Shown here: piece by piece, positions 1 to 10,241 of the stretch
Numbering within the stretch: the first letter of the stretch is position 1
Layout: the number at the start of each line of letters is the position of its first letter
From: Prasinococcaceae sp. CCMP 1430
Taxonomy: Eukaryota; Plantae; Prasinodermophyta
Length of the DNA stretch: 44,430 nt
Assembly (NCBI GenBank): GCA_013416795.1
Contig: RQSC01001147.1
Location: 97,270-141,699 of the forward strand
Direction: 5' to 3'
The notes under the pieces: model-generated
Told to the model about the DNA's origin: nothing
Database searches by the model: none
What the model saw: only the letters and a program-made list of their open reading frames with translations
Translations under genes and position numbers: made by a program

Positions 1-227
1 GGCGCCAGCGCTGCTGAGGACACCTGGGAAGACGCTTTGCGCCCGCGAGCGCGCCGAGGCCGTTGCGAGATATTCGTGACTGCGAGTGCGATGCTGACCC
101 CGCCACCGCTCCGCCGCCGCGCTGGTGTGCTGCTGCGCGCGCCGCCGCCGCCGCGCTGCCGCGCTCGCCGCCCGCCGCCCGCCTGCGTCCGCGCCTTACG
201 CCCTCTGTCGCCGGCGCGTCCTCACAG

Positions 228-834
228 GCCAGAACATCCGCAAGCTGGTCAAGGACGGCTTCGTCATCCGCAAGCCGACCGTGATCCACTCGCGCGACCG
301 CACCCGCAAGATGCACAAGGCCAAGGCGCTCGGCCGCCACGAGGGCTATGGCAAGCGCCGTGGTACCCGTGAGGCGCGCCTGCCCACCAAGCTCCTGTGG
401 ATGCGCCGCATGCGCGTGCTCCGCAAGATGCTGGCCAAGTACCGCGACAGCAAGAAGATCGGTGCGTCGTACCCGCCGCGCGCGCGCCAGGAGTCCCTGG
501 ACTCGCGACCGCGCCGCGCTCCCCCCCCTCCGCGCGCCGAGCCCCCACAGCTGACAGGCTTCGCTTCCGCGCGTTCCTGCTCGCAGACCGCAACATGTAC
601 CACGACATGTACCTCAAGGTGAAGGGTAACGTGTTCAAGAACAAGCGCGTGCTGATGGAGGCGGTGCACAAGGCGAAGAGCGAGCGCCTGCGTGAGAAGA
701 CCATCGCCGACCAGTTCGAGGCGCGCCGCACCAAGAACGCCGCCGCGCGCGCGCGCAAGATCGCCCGCCGTGAGGAGCGTCTCAACCTCGGCATCAGCGT
801 GGAGGAGCAGGCCAAGGCCGCCGCCGCCCAGTAG
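228..834 (+). CDS. RPL19: 60S ribosomal protein L19 (eL19), 5'-partial; exons 228-461, 587-834
   Basis: Spliced translation (R)[22 protein letters not shown]...[36 protein letters not shown]|[24 protein letters not shown] is typical eL19. Acceptor CAG at 225-227; intron 462-586 is GT..CTGAC..CAG and keeps frame; stop TAG 832-834. Confidence 0.97.
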
Positions 835-1224
835 GGTGCTGTCGGACCACTTCGAGGCTTTATGTTTCGCTGTATAATCAGGGCGCGGCGCACCCGAGCT
901 GACCGCACTCCTAAACGCTGCTGGGGCTATTGTCGAGGACGCGGCGCCGCACACATTTCAGACACGTAATGATGCGGAGCGCATTCTCACTCTGATCGAT
1001 CCTGCGCACGCAATGATGCGCCGCGCGCCGCGCCCTCGGCGCCACACGGCGCTGCCGCCCTTGCTCCCGGTGCGAAGAAGTCTCGGCCCTGCGCAGTTGT
1101 CAAGTTTCTTTAAAATCGTCACAGGTCACCAACCATCCCGCTGCCACGAGCGCACACCGCATCGCGCGCTGTCCGCGGAAGTCGCCCACACGCCGCCACC
1201 GCCGCCTCCTGCCTGCCGCGCTCC

Positions 1225-2680
1225 CTAGAGGAAATAGTCGGGGAGGGGCTTCTGCTTGACCTCGCCGTCCTTGGGCTGCGGTCCCTTCGGCGGCGCGTGG
1301 TCGAACTGCAAGAACTGGTGCTGCATGTGCTCATCGACCTCGAGCAACGCCGCCTTGTTGCCACAGCGGTAGCAGTAGTTCGGCGCCGAGAAGATCGTGA
1401 CCACCGACTTCTCGTGCGCCCACGAGTAGCCGTCCATGACCAGCTGGTGGGCGCGCACGATGAAGTCAAGCCCGTTTTGGTGATTGAATTGCTCGGAGAT
1501 GTCCTGGCCGAACGTGTATCCCGCGCCACGCGGCGAGATGCCCCAGCCCACGCGCTCGTCGGGGTCCGACCACAGCAAGTCGCACATGGGCCCCTCGTGC
1601 GGGACCTCCTCGAAGCGGTTTAGGTGGCGGATGTGTTCGAGCGTGTCGAGGCTCGGGCTGAGCCCAGCGTGGGGGCAGAAGAGCTTGTTCTCGACCACAG
1701 CCGCGAGCGGCAGGTAGTCGAACAGATCGGTGATCGCCTGCCACACGCTCGGGCTGCCGTACTTGCGCAGGCACTCGTCGTAGAAGCCGTATACTTGCGT
1801 GATCTGGCGCGACTCGTGGTTGCCGCGAATCAATGTGATGCGCGAGGGGTACCGAACCTGCGCTCGGCAATGCGGTGGAGCAGGCGCGCAGTGCCGCGCG
1901 GCAAACGGGCACGCGCAGCGTCGGCGGCGCGCCAACGCCATCAGTTCGCACGACAAGCGGCGGCAGCGGCTCGTCAGCGAGAGGCCAGGCAGGGGCGAGC
2001 AGAACCGAGCAGCTGCGCGCCCGGAGCAAGCTGTGCCCTAAGCCGAGCAACCGGGGGCGCCCACACGTGACGAGGAGAGCACGCGCGCACGCGCCGCACC
2101 TTGAGCGCGATCACCATCGTCACCGTCTCCACGCTGTAATACCCTCTGTCAACATAATCGCCCAGGAAGAGAAAATTGGTCGTCGGAGGCTGGGGTGCGA
2201 GAAGAGAGGGGAGGACGGGTTGGGGGGGAAGGGGACAAAGGGGGTCAGCTGCCGCCCGCGCGTGTGCACCACGTCACGCAGCAAGAGGTGCAGACCGCGA
2301 AAGACACGCTCGCGCGCTCGCGCGAGGGGCTCCACGCAGCTAGCACACGCGCCAGGGGAAGAGGGGAAGGGGGGGAAGGGGGGAAAACGCGGGGTGCGGG
2401 TGTCTCCTCGCACTGGTCGTCTTCGCTCGCGAGCACATACCTGTCCTGCGATCTGGAAGAGCTCGAGCAAGTCGTGGAACTGGCCGTGCACGTCGCCCAC
2501 GATCGTCACCGGCGCGGGGACGGGCTGCACGTTCGACTCGCGCTCGAGGACTTCCTTGCACTTCGCGCACAGGTCGCGCACGGCCTCCTCCGGGAGGACG
2601 CGCACCTCGCGCAGCGTGCCGATGCGCGCCTCCAGCATCGACGCCTCGTGCGCATCGAGCACTTTCTCCGCGCCGCCCAT
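1225..2680 (-). CDS. PP2Ac: PP2A-type Ser/Thr phosphatase catalytic subunit, ~320 aa; exons 2680-2441, 2189-2100, 1857-1225
   Basis: PPP motifs GDVHG, GDYVDRG (exon 2, not shown in frame by the ORF track), RGNHE and [11 protein letters not shown], plus C-terminal PDYFL. Both introns are phase 0 GT-AG. Closer to PP2A than PP4/PP6 by [16 protein letters not shown] and [10 protein letters not shown]. Confidence 0.92.
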
Positions 2681-3410
2681 GGCTTATTAACCACGCGCGC
2701 GCGCCCCAGGAGCGGCGGCGTGTGCTGGCGTTCGGCCGCGCGCGCCCAGCGCTACGACAGCACCCTCGCCTGTCGTGAGGGGGTCCGCGCGCGCGCGCGC
2801 CCTCCGCCCGAGCCGCGCACCGTCCCCTCCCCCCCACGCACTCGGCGCCCCCCGGCCTCTGTATGGCGCCCCTCGCAGCGCAGCGCAGTGGCCGCCCCGC
2901 GCGGTTTGGGTGCGGCGGATTTCGGACGCGCTGCCGCACCCCCTCCCTTCCAGCCCCCCGCCAACCCCGGCGCGCGCGATCGCGTGCGATTTGATATGCA
3001 AAAAAGAGGGAAATAAACCCTTATTCGCAAATACCTAAATGCCGAAAGTGGGGTGCGCGCGCCGCACGCGCGCGCGCGCGGGGATCTTTGCCTGTGCACT
3101 TGCAAGGGCGCGCTGGGTCGAAACCGGTCTACCTGCGGCCATCGCCGGTCCGACGCGATTCATGACTGGGGTATTTTTGGTCAAGGCCGGCAGGTCAGAC
3201 CGGGAATGCGAATGTGACTTCGGGGCTTTGGTACGTGGGTCGACGCGGGGCAGAGCGACGTCCAGCTGACGCACTTGCACTACACGCGTGTGGGCGCAGT
3301 CGACGGGCCGCAGCTGGACGTCTCGGCCGCGTCGGGTCGTCTCTCGAGCTCGTCGCGCGGCGAGTAGTGGCGAGTACCAGTGTGCAAAGCTAAGAGGCTC
3401 CGCTATTACT

Positions 3411-4760
3411 TCAATACGGCGCGTACCGCGCCGCCGTGCCGCCTCGGTGGGGGCCGGCAGCGTGGGCGCCACCAGGCGCCCGCCCACCGGTCCCTGCGGG
3501 CGCGTATCCCAGCGCTGGTGTGTTGTGCAGCGACATGTTAGGCCCTGATGCGGAAGGAAAGGTGCCGCCCGCAGCTGCATACGTGTGGGCGCCTATGAAG
3601 TGGGCGCCTGGGGCAGTGCCTGGCATCTGCTGCATCGGCATCTGCTGCTGTGGAGCAACTGGTGCATGCTGCGCATACTGCGTATGCTGTGTCTGTGGGC
3701 CAGGTGCCGCCGCGGCGTAGCCCGAAGCACCGAATGGCAGGTACGCGTGCTGGTATGGAGCTCCCCCCGACGGAACGCCCATATGCGTCCACGGCTGCTG
3801 CGGCGGCGGTAGCGACGGATGCTGCTGCTGAAACTGCTGGAGGTGGGGCGTGACCGTCACGCCGAGAGCGCGGCTTTGGCCAGTGGTGCCATTCGCTATG
3901 TTGCACTTCAGCGGAGTATTGCCGAGCGTCTCGAACGTGCGCGCGATCGGTGGGGCTTGCTGCGCGCACCCCGCGGATTCAGGCTCAGCGTAGTGGACGA
4001 AGGCGATCGCGAGCTTGTTCGCCCCACGTGGCGGAGGTAGATCGACGGCCAGCACGGTGCCAAATTTGGCGAACGCGAGCGAGACATCGCCCGCCCGCGC
4101 GTCGAGTGGCAGCCCACTCACGTACAGCTTCGATTTCGCTTCGAGGTACCTGCCGGAGCCGTCATTCAGCCCAGCGCGCGGGTCGCGCTTGACACCGGGT
4201 GGCACCACCGAATCGTCGTTGATGTGCACCGCAGGACGTCTGCCGCAGAGGGTCACACCCTCGGCGGTCAGGATGCGGTGAGCTCGCTCCGCGAGCTCGT
4301 CGTTCCTGTACATCGCGCGGCCGGTGCCGCCATTCTTTTGCCCCGCGTACATCTTTCCCTGCGGCGGCCGAATCTTGAAGTCCACCAGCCCGACGGCGGC
4401 GCCGAGCTCTTTGAAACCTCTCTTGATGTCGTCCGTCCACGCGTGGAAGGGGAGGTTTGCCAGCCGCAGCACGTTGCGCCGAGCCGCTGCCGTCGCCTTG
4501 ATGACACCCGTCGCCGTTGCGTCAGTGGTGCCCGGAAAGAGCGCCGAAGTACTTCGACCGTCGAACTCCTTCAGGGCCCTCTCCGCGGCTGCGCGGTCGG
4601 TGTACTGGATCACTGCGGTGCCATCGCCAGGCACTTTCACGGCGTGCAGCTGGCCGTGCGGCACGCAGGCGGCGGTGACGGCGTCCTCTTTCACGCTGGT
4701 TGGAAGGCCCTCGAGGAAGATCTTGCACCCAGCCTGCGGCAGAGCAAGCAGCGCCTGCAT
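3411..4760 (-). CDS. RNA-binding protein with three RRM domains and Q/P/G-rich tail; start uncertain
   Basis: Three RNP2/RNP1-like units (KIFLEGLP..TAVIQY; NVLRLANLP..GTGRAMY; KLYVSGLP..IAFVHY). First in-frame ATG is 4760; the frame stays open to 5036 (GTG). Ends RYAPY*. Confidence 0.85.
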   Translation of the reverse strand: MQALLALPQAGCKIFLEGLPTSVKEDAVTAACVPHGQLHAVKVPGDGTAVIQYTDRAAAERALKEFDGRSTSALFPGTTDATATGVIKATAAARRNVLRLANLPFHAWTDDIKRGFKELGAAVGLVDFKIRPPQGKMYAGQKNGGTGRAMYRNDELAERAHRILTAEGVTLCGRRPAVHINDDSVVPPGVKRDPRAGLNDGSGRYLEAKSKLYVSGLPLDARAGDVSLAFAKFGTVLAVDLPPPRGANKLAIAFVHYAEPESAGCAQQAPPIARTFETLGNTPLKCNIANGTTGQSRALGVTVTPHLQQFQQQHPSLPPPQQPWTHMGVPSGGAPYQHAYLPFGASGYAAAAPGPQTQHTQYAQHAPVAPQQQMPMQQMPGTAPGAHFIGAHTYAAAGGTFPSASGPNMSLHNTPALGYAPAGTGGRAPGGAHAAGPHRGGTAARYAPY

Positions 4761-5089
4761 GTCGCTGCTGCCTGCGGCCGTGTCCCCGCCCCCGCCCGCG
4801 TCCGTGCCCACGTCAGTGCTCGCGCCTCCGCCTGCACCCCCGCCAGCACCAGCATGCGTATCCGCGTCCACATCGGCAATGCCACCTGCGCCGGGATCTG
4901 AGCCGCCTGCCTCGGCCCCAGCGGCCACTATGTGCCCGCCCGCGACCTCTGCGGCGGCCTCGGCCTCGGCCTCGCTGCCTCCGCCGCCGCCGCCGCCTCC
5001 CGCCGCGAACCACGCGCCGCATGCCCGCACCTTCACAACCTCCTCAGGGGGCGGGGGCGCGCGGCGCGCGGCGCGTCTTGGGTGGGGCC

Positions 5090-7708
5090 ATGGCGCGCCT
5101 GCCGGGCTTCGGCCGCTACCAGCTCGCGAGCGCGGCGGTGACCGCGGCCGCCGTGTGGCACGCGCTGCACACGCGCGGCCAGTTCTATCCTGCGGCGGTG
5201 TACCTCACGTCCTCGAAGATCCACGCCGCCGTGCTGGGAAACCAGGCGTTCGCAGCCATGCTCGCGGCGGGCGCCGCCATCAAGGCGGCGCTTCTTGGGC
5301 CGCTCGGCGAGAGCGAGGTCGAGAGGCTCTTCGAGCGCATGCGCGACGCCGTCATGGAGACGTGCCTCGCGATGACGATTTTTCGCGACGAGTTCAACGC
5401 GGGCTTCGTGGCGCTCTTCGTGACGCTGCTCTTTTCAAAGGTGTTCCACTGGCTCCTTGCGGATCGGGTGGAGCGAATGCCCGCGCAGGCGGACGCCGAA
5501 GCCGCGGGGGTCGGCGCAGGCGCGGGCAGCGCAGTGCGCCACTTCCACCTGCGCGCGACAGCGCTCATGGCGCTTCTCTTCGCGGCGGACACCGCGCTGC
5601 TCAAGCACTGTCTGCAGACGACGATGACCGAGGGGCCGTCGGTGCTGCTGCTTTTCGGCTTCGAGTACCTTCTTCTCGCGAGCACAACGCTCTCTACCTT
5701 TCTCAAGTACATTCTGCACACGGCAGACCGCTCCATGGGGGGCGCGTGGGAGGCGAAGAGCGTGTACCTCTTCTATGTGGATCTGGTGACAGATTTGCTG
5801 CAGCTCTTCGTGTACCTCATTTTCTTCCTGATTGTCTTCGTGCACTACGGCCTGCCGATCCATCTCATCCGTGACCTGTACTCGACGTTTCGTAACTTTC
5901 GGCAGCGCCTGTCCGACTTCGTGCGCTACCGCCGCGCGACGAACAACCTTTCGACTCGCTTTCCGGACGCGACGCCCGAGGAGGTTGCAGCAGACAATGT
6001 GTGCATCATCTGCCGGGAGGACATGGAGGCTGGTGCGGCTGGCTCCGCGCGTCCGAAGAAGCTTGCGTGCGGGCACGTCTTTCACTTGGGCTGCCTACGC
6101 ACGTGGCTAGAGCGCCAGCAGACGTGCCCGACGTGCCGCGCCATCGTGGCGCCCCCGCCGGCGAATGCAGCCCCAAACGGCGCTGCGGACAACGCTCCAC
6201 AGGCGCAGCAGCAGCCCCAGCAGCCCGACGAGGCAGCGCGCGCCGGTGCTGCTGGCAATGATGCTGAGCTTCTGCGGGGCGCAGTGCGTCCGCCTGTGCC
6301 TGCAGAACGTGTCGTGCAGGCGCGCGAGGCAGCGAGGCAGCAGGCGCTCGCAAACCACGAGCACCAACAGGCGCAGGTGGGAAATATGCTCGAGCGAGCA
6401 GCGCAGCTGGAGGGGAGGAGGAACGAAGTGCCAACGGCGGACACGGTGCAGCACCGGCTGCAGCAGCAACAACAACAACACCAGCGACAAGAGGACGAGC
6501 GACAGGAGTCGCGGGCTCAGCAACAGCAGCAGCAGCGACGGCAGCAGCAGCAACCGCAGCAGCAAGGGCCGCAGGCGCAGCAAGCGCAACGGACGCCTCG
6601 AACGCAGCAACAGGAGGAAGCGCAGGCACAGCCGCATCTGGCGCAGCAAGCACAGGCCCAAATTCGTCACGTGCGGCAAGCCACCCCGCCGACGCCGACG
6701 AACGCCTCCACGCCGGGGCACTCGTTGACCCCTCCGGCGCACAGCCCGCAGCAGGGCGTGCCAGGCGTTGACTCGAGCTATCTCGCTATGCTGCAGCAGC
6801 AGGCTGCGGCGGCAGCTGCTGGGGTGCACACAGCTTCGCCTGTGCCGTCCACTGGGACAACACTTCGGGTGCCCGACGGAATCGAGGCGCCCCCCGCCAC
6901 TCCTGCCGGTGGCGTGCCCGCTGCAACGGCGGCACAAGTTGAGGCATTGGCGGTGGCACTGCAGTCACACGCGCACCTACAGATGGCCATGGCGATCACC
7001 CAATACCATGCCGCGGCTGCGACATACGTGAGCGCCGCCGCTGCCCGCACAGGTTCGCCGCTGTCACCTGAATTGCTCCAAGGCATTGGCGCCAGCATCC
7101 CCCCACTGGCTGAGCAACTCACACCGGGGTCTGCCGGCGCACGGCTGTTTGCCTCGGCACAGTCCACGCCACCTCAAACCACAACGACATCGACGACGAT
7201 GGCGCATCGGAGTCCAGGGGATGGCGTCGTGACTGCGGCTGCCGGGGAGGAGGCTGCGGGCCCGTCGAACACGAGTGAGGCGGGAACGCGTGTGACGGCG
7301 GAGGACGGTGGGCAAGGACGTTCGCAGGCCGCGGCCCCCGTCGCAACGGCGCCCCCCTCGCCGGGGACGCAACATTTCATCGATCAGGCCACTGCGGTCC
7401 TGACGCGGGCCGAATCGCTGCGGCTTGGCGAGGTGCCCGCGGCGGCTGAAAGTGCCAGCCCAGGGGGTGAAGGGAGGTCCGGTGGTGTGGAATTCGGCGT
7501 CGAGGCTTCGGAAGCCAGCGCTGGGGCAGGCGCCGAGGTCTGCGAGCCCAGCACTGGCGCGGGCGTGTCCGAGCGCACCGACGATAATGGGCCCAACTCG
7601 CCGTCGGTGAGCGAGTTGCGCAGGCGCAGATTGGCGCATCTCTCCTCGCCCACGAATGAGGGAGGCGAGAGTGGCTCGGATGGCAGCAACTCGCGCGCGG
7701 CCCCGTAA
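5090..7708 (+). CDS. HRD1: ERAD E3 ubiquitin ligase HRD1/synoviolin, intronless, 872 aa
   Basis: N-terminal TM region with GQFYPAAVYL, EVERL.ER...AVMETCLAMTIFRDEF, KVFHWL, LLFGFEY and YGLPIHLIRDLY; RING-H2 CIICRED...LACGHVFHLGCLRTWLERQQTCPTCR; long Q/A/P-rich tail. ATG 5090 is the plausible start inside track ORF 4700..7708. Confidence 0.95.
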   Translation: MARLPGFGRYQLASAAVTAAAVWHALHTRGQFYPAAVYLTSSKIHAAVLGNQAFAAMLAAGAAIKAALLGPLGESEVERLFERMRDAVMETCLAMTIFRDEFNAGFVALFVTLLFSKVFHWLLADRVERMPAQADAEAAGVGAGAGSAVRHFHLRATALMALLFAADTALLKHCLQTTMTEGPSVLLLFGFEYLLLASTTLSTFLKYILHTADRSMGGAWEAKSVYLFYVDLVTDLLQLFVYLIFFLIVFVHYGLPIHLIRDLYSTFRNFRQRLSDFVRYRRATNNLSTRFPDATPEEVAADNVCIICREDMEAGAAGSARPKKLACGHVFHLGCLRTWLERQQTCPTCRAIVAPPPANAAPNGAADNAPQAQQQPQQPDEAARAGAAGNDAELLRGAVRPPVPAERVVQAREAARQQALANHEHQQAQVGNMLERAAQLEGRRNEVPTADTVQHRLQQQQQQHQRQEDERQESRAQQQQQQRRQQQQPQQQGPQAQQAQRTPRTQQQEEAQAQPHLAQQAQAQIRHVRQATPPTPTNASTPGHSLTPPAHSPQQGVPGVDSSYLAMLQQQAAAAAAGVHTASPVPSTGTTLRVPDGIEAPPATPAGGVPAATAAQVEALAVALQSHAHLQMAMAITQYHAAAATYVSAAAARTGSPLSPELLQGIGASIPPLAEQLTPGSAGARLFASAQSTPPQTTTTSTTMAHRSPGDGVVTAAAGEEAAGPSNTSEAGTRVTAEDGGQGRSQAAAPVATAPPSPGTQHFIDQATAVLTRAESLRLGEVPAAAESASPGGEGRSGGVEFGVEASEASAGAGAEVCEPSTGAGVSERTDDNGPNSPSVSELRRRRLAHLSSPTNEGGESGSDGSNSRAAP

Positions 7709-7716
7709 TACATACG

Positions 7717-7732
7717 TTACATGATGTTTACA
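7717..7732 (-). terminator. Two TGTAA green-algal-type polyadenylation signals (CIA30 gene); similar motifs at 10197, 13721, 20532, 24883 (+) and 34416 (-)
   Basis: TGTAA lies at or within ~50 nt of six stop codons; UGUAA is the established chlorophyte near-upstream poly(A) element. Confidence 0.6.
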
Positions 7733-8407
7733 TTTGCGCCCATGCGAGTGTCATCGCCCTCAGCTGGAAGGCGCCCGGCCGGAAAGACACGCGCTCACCG
7801 CCGCCATGTGCGTCGCTGAACTTGGAGCACATGAGCGACAACCCCACGGCATCGCGTGCTCGCAGTGGCGGCGCGTCAGGAACCAGGCGCCCGCGGAAAG
7901 AACAAGTGAATGCAGCGAGCGGCAGTACCACCTGCACCTGCGCGCGAGCAAGCGCATGCGCGCGCACGCGCACACAGGCGCACGCGTCAGCGTGTGCCCG
8001 CACCAGCGCGCTCTTGTGCCTGCAGGTGGCGTAGTGCGTCGCACCTCCTCTCCTGCGGGCGCCTCGAAGTCGTGTTGATACGACGGGGCGCCGAAGCCGC
8101 GCTGTGTTCGGACGCTCAGCTTGTACGCGTTGCCGTCCCCGGCGCACATGAGCACGAGTGCGTCGGGCTCGGCGCTTCCGTCTTCTGCTGGCAGAGCGGG
8201 GAGCTCCGGGAGCGCGATGGAGGCGAAGCCGCCTCCGCCCGCCTCGGACACGCTGCCTTCGAATCGCAGTGCGCCGCCGTTGGCATCCGCGTCCGCCGCG
8301 CAGGCGCTCGCGCCTCCCATGACGGTGTCATTCACCGGGCGGCACTGACCCGCGAGCGGCGCGAGGCGCAGGGGGCGCCCGAGCGTGCGAGCGACCGCGG
8401 GGGGCAT
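7728..8407 (-). CDS. CIA30/NDUFAF1-family domain protein; exons 8407-8045, 7937-7728
   Basis: Motifs VNDTVMGGAS, FEGSVSE.GGGGFAS, GDGNAYKL, SYQHDF and V.LPL..F..SFRGR are typical of the CIA30 family. A phase-0 intron 8044-7938 joins the two track ORFs. Confidence 0.85.
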
Positions 8408-8621
8408 CCTGTAGCCCCGCGCGCGCGCGTGCGCAGGGTGTGGTGCGCGTATGGTACCTGTGCACCGCTGGCGCGCCTGATCCGAAAAGGATAGGACGTG
8501 ACGCAGTGTTCGCGCGCACCCCACGCCTCACACCCCGAGCGCTGCAGCGCGAGGGAGCGGGCGGGCGCGCGCCAGAAGCTCCAGCCAGAGCGCTGCAGCG
8601 CGCAGGTGCGGGCAGGGCGCA

Positions 8622-10163
8622 ATGGCACTCGCTCGCGCCGCTGCGGGGGGTGGGAGCCGCGGCACCGCGCGCGACGGAGGCGGCGCGCGGGGGCGCGGCG
8701 CACGCGCGCGCGGCCGCGGCAGAGGCCGCGGGGGAGGCCGCGGCAGAGGCCGCGGCAGGGGCCGCAGTCGCCATCGGCGCTCGAGCGGGCCGCCCGCGGA
8801 GCGAGTGAAGTTCACGCGAGCCCTCCCTCCACCTGAGGAACTCTCCGTGGCGATAATTGGCGGAGGCGCTGCCGGCTGCGCATGCGCAGCAGAGCTCGCG
8901 CGTGCGGGCGTCGCTGTCGCCCTGTTCGACACGGGCCGGCACGGCGTCGGTGGGCGACTGGCCACGCGCGCGGCTTCTGATGGCTCACTGCCAGCGGGGC
9001 AGGCGGGTGCAGCTCGCGCGGAGGTTGCCGCCGATCCCGCGCTCCGCTTCGATCACGCGTGCCAGCTTTTTGCCGCAACTGGCGAGGCTGGCCGAGACGG
9101 CTTTCGAGAGGCTGTGGAGCGGTGGGTCGACGAAGGCCTCGTGCGTCAGTACGACGCGGGTGCGGTGGGTTGCATCTCGTTGCCTGAGACTCGAACCGAT
9201 GGCGGCGCCGCGGGCAAGGCTGAGGCCGGAAAGGAGTCGGCGGTACGCGGTGTGCACGATGAGCCACTGGAGGGCACGTTCTACTACGGCGCCGGCGGCA
9301 TGCGGTCCGTTGCGGGAGCGATGCTCGAGGGATACGCCGAGGGAGAGGGGGCGCAGGTGAGTGTCGTTGCACCTTGCTGGGTGGGCCGCATGGAGGCCAC
9401 CGAAGCCGGCTGGGCACTGCACGGGGAGGGCAAGGCGCGAGGAACGTACGATGCTGTCGTGATCAGCCACAACGGCAAGTGCGCCAACGCCTTGCTGAAG
9501 CCATCGGGGGCACCTGACACGTTCGAGCTCTTTCGTCGACTGCGCCTCGGGCCGGTGTGGGTGGCACTTGTGGCATTCGAGTCAGGCGTGGAGCTGGCGC
9601 ACGGCGCCGGTGCCGACGGTGCGGGATACGAGGCGGCGTTTGTGCGCGGCGCGCAAGCCCTGGGCTTCGCCGCCGACCAAGGCAGCAAGATCGGCGGTTG
9701 CGAGAAGGGGTCCAGCATGTGGGCCCTGTACTCGAGGGGTGACTACGCCAAGAAAAACAAGGTGCCGCAGGAGCGCGTGTCGCAGTCGGACGCTGACGGC
9801 GTGCTTGCCGACTTGCTTACCGATTTCGAGGTTCTCGCGGGTGGGGAGCTGCCGAGCGTGCGCTACAGCTTCTGCCAGCTTTGGGGGGCCGCTCTGCCCC
9901 TCAACGCCACGAGCGAGGCCGAGTACGCGCTGGATGCGCCCACGCGCGTCGCTGCATGTGGCGACTGGCTCGGCGGCGGCGCTAGCGTGGGCGACGCATG
10001 GCGGTCCGGGCGCGCGGCCGCGCGCGCACTCGTTGCACTCGCGGAGCGCGAAGCGGCTGGTGGTGCGCCGTCGTGCGACGAGCAGAGCGTCGCCTTGGGG
10101 GACACGCTACGGAGCGTCACGGCAGACGCCGCCACGCTTGGGCTGCGCGGCGCACGCGGCTGA
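8622..10163 (+). CDS. FAD/NAD(P)-dependent oxidoreductase (renalase/amine-oxidase-like), probable organellar transit peptide
   Basis: VAIIGGGAAG Rossmann motif, FDTGRHGVGGRLATR, FDHACQLF, QLWGAALP and ACGDWLGGG; R/G/S/A-rich N-terminus; TGTAA at 10197-10201. Confidence 0.88.
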   Translation: MALARAAAGGGSRGTARDGGGARGRGARARGRGRGRGGGRGRGRGRGRSRHRRSSGPPAERVKFTRALPPPEELSVAIIGGGAAGCACAAELARAGVAVALFDTGRHGVGGRLATRAASDGSLPAGQAGAARAEVAADPALRFDHACQLFAATGEAGRDGFREAVERWVDEGLVRQYDAGAVGCISLPETRTDGGAAGKAEAGKESAVRGVHDEPLEGTFYYGAGGMRSVAGAMLEGYAEGEGAQVSVVAPCWVGRMEATEAGWALHGEGKARGTYDAVVISHNGKCANALLKPSGAPDTFELFRRLRLGPVWVALVAFESGVELAHGAGADGAGYEAAFVRGAQALGFAADQGSKIGGCEKGSSMWALYSRGDYAKKNKVPQERVSQSDADGVLADLLTDFEVLAGGELPSVRYSFCQLWGAALPLNATSEAEYALDAPTRVAACGDWLGGGASVGDAWRSGRAAARALVALAEREAAGGAPSCDEQSVALGDTLRSVTADAATLGLRGARG

Positions 10164-10241
10164 GAACAGAGACGGGCATCAGGCGTGCGCGGTCGCTGTA
10201 ACAATAGCGATCAGTGTGTGAGTACAGATACAGAGAGTTAG

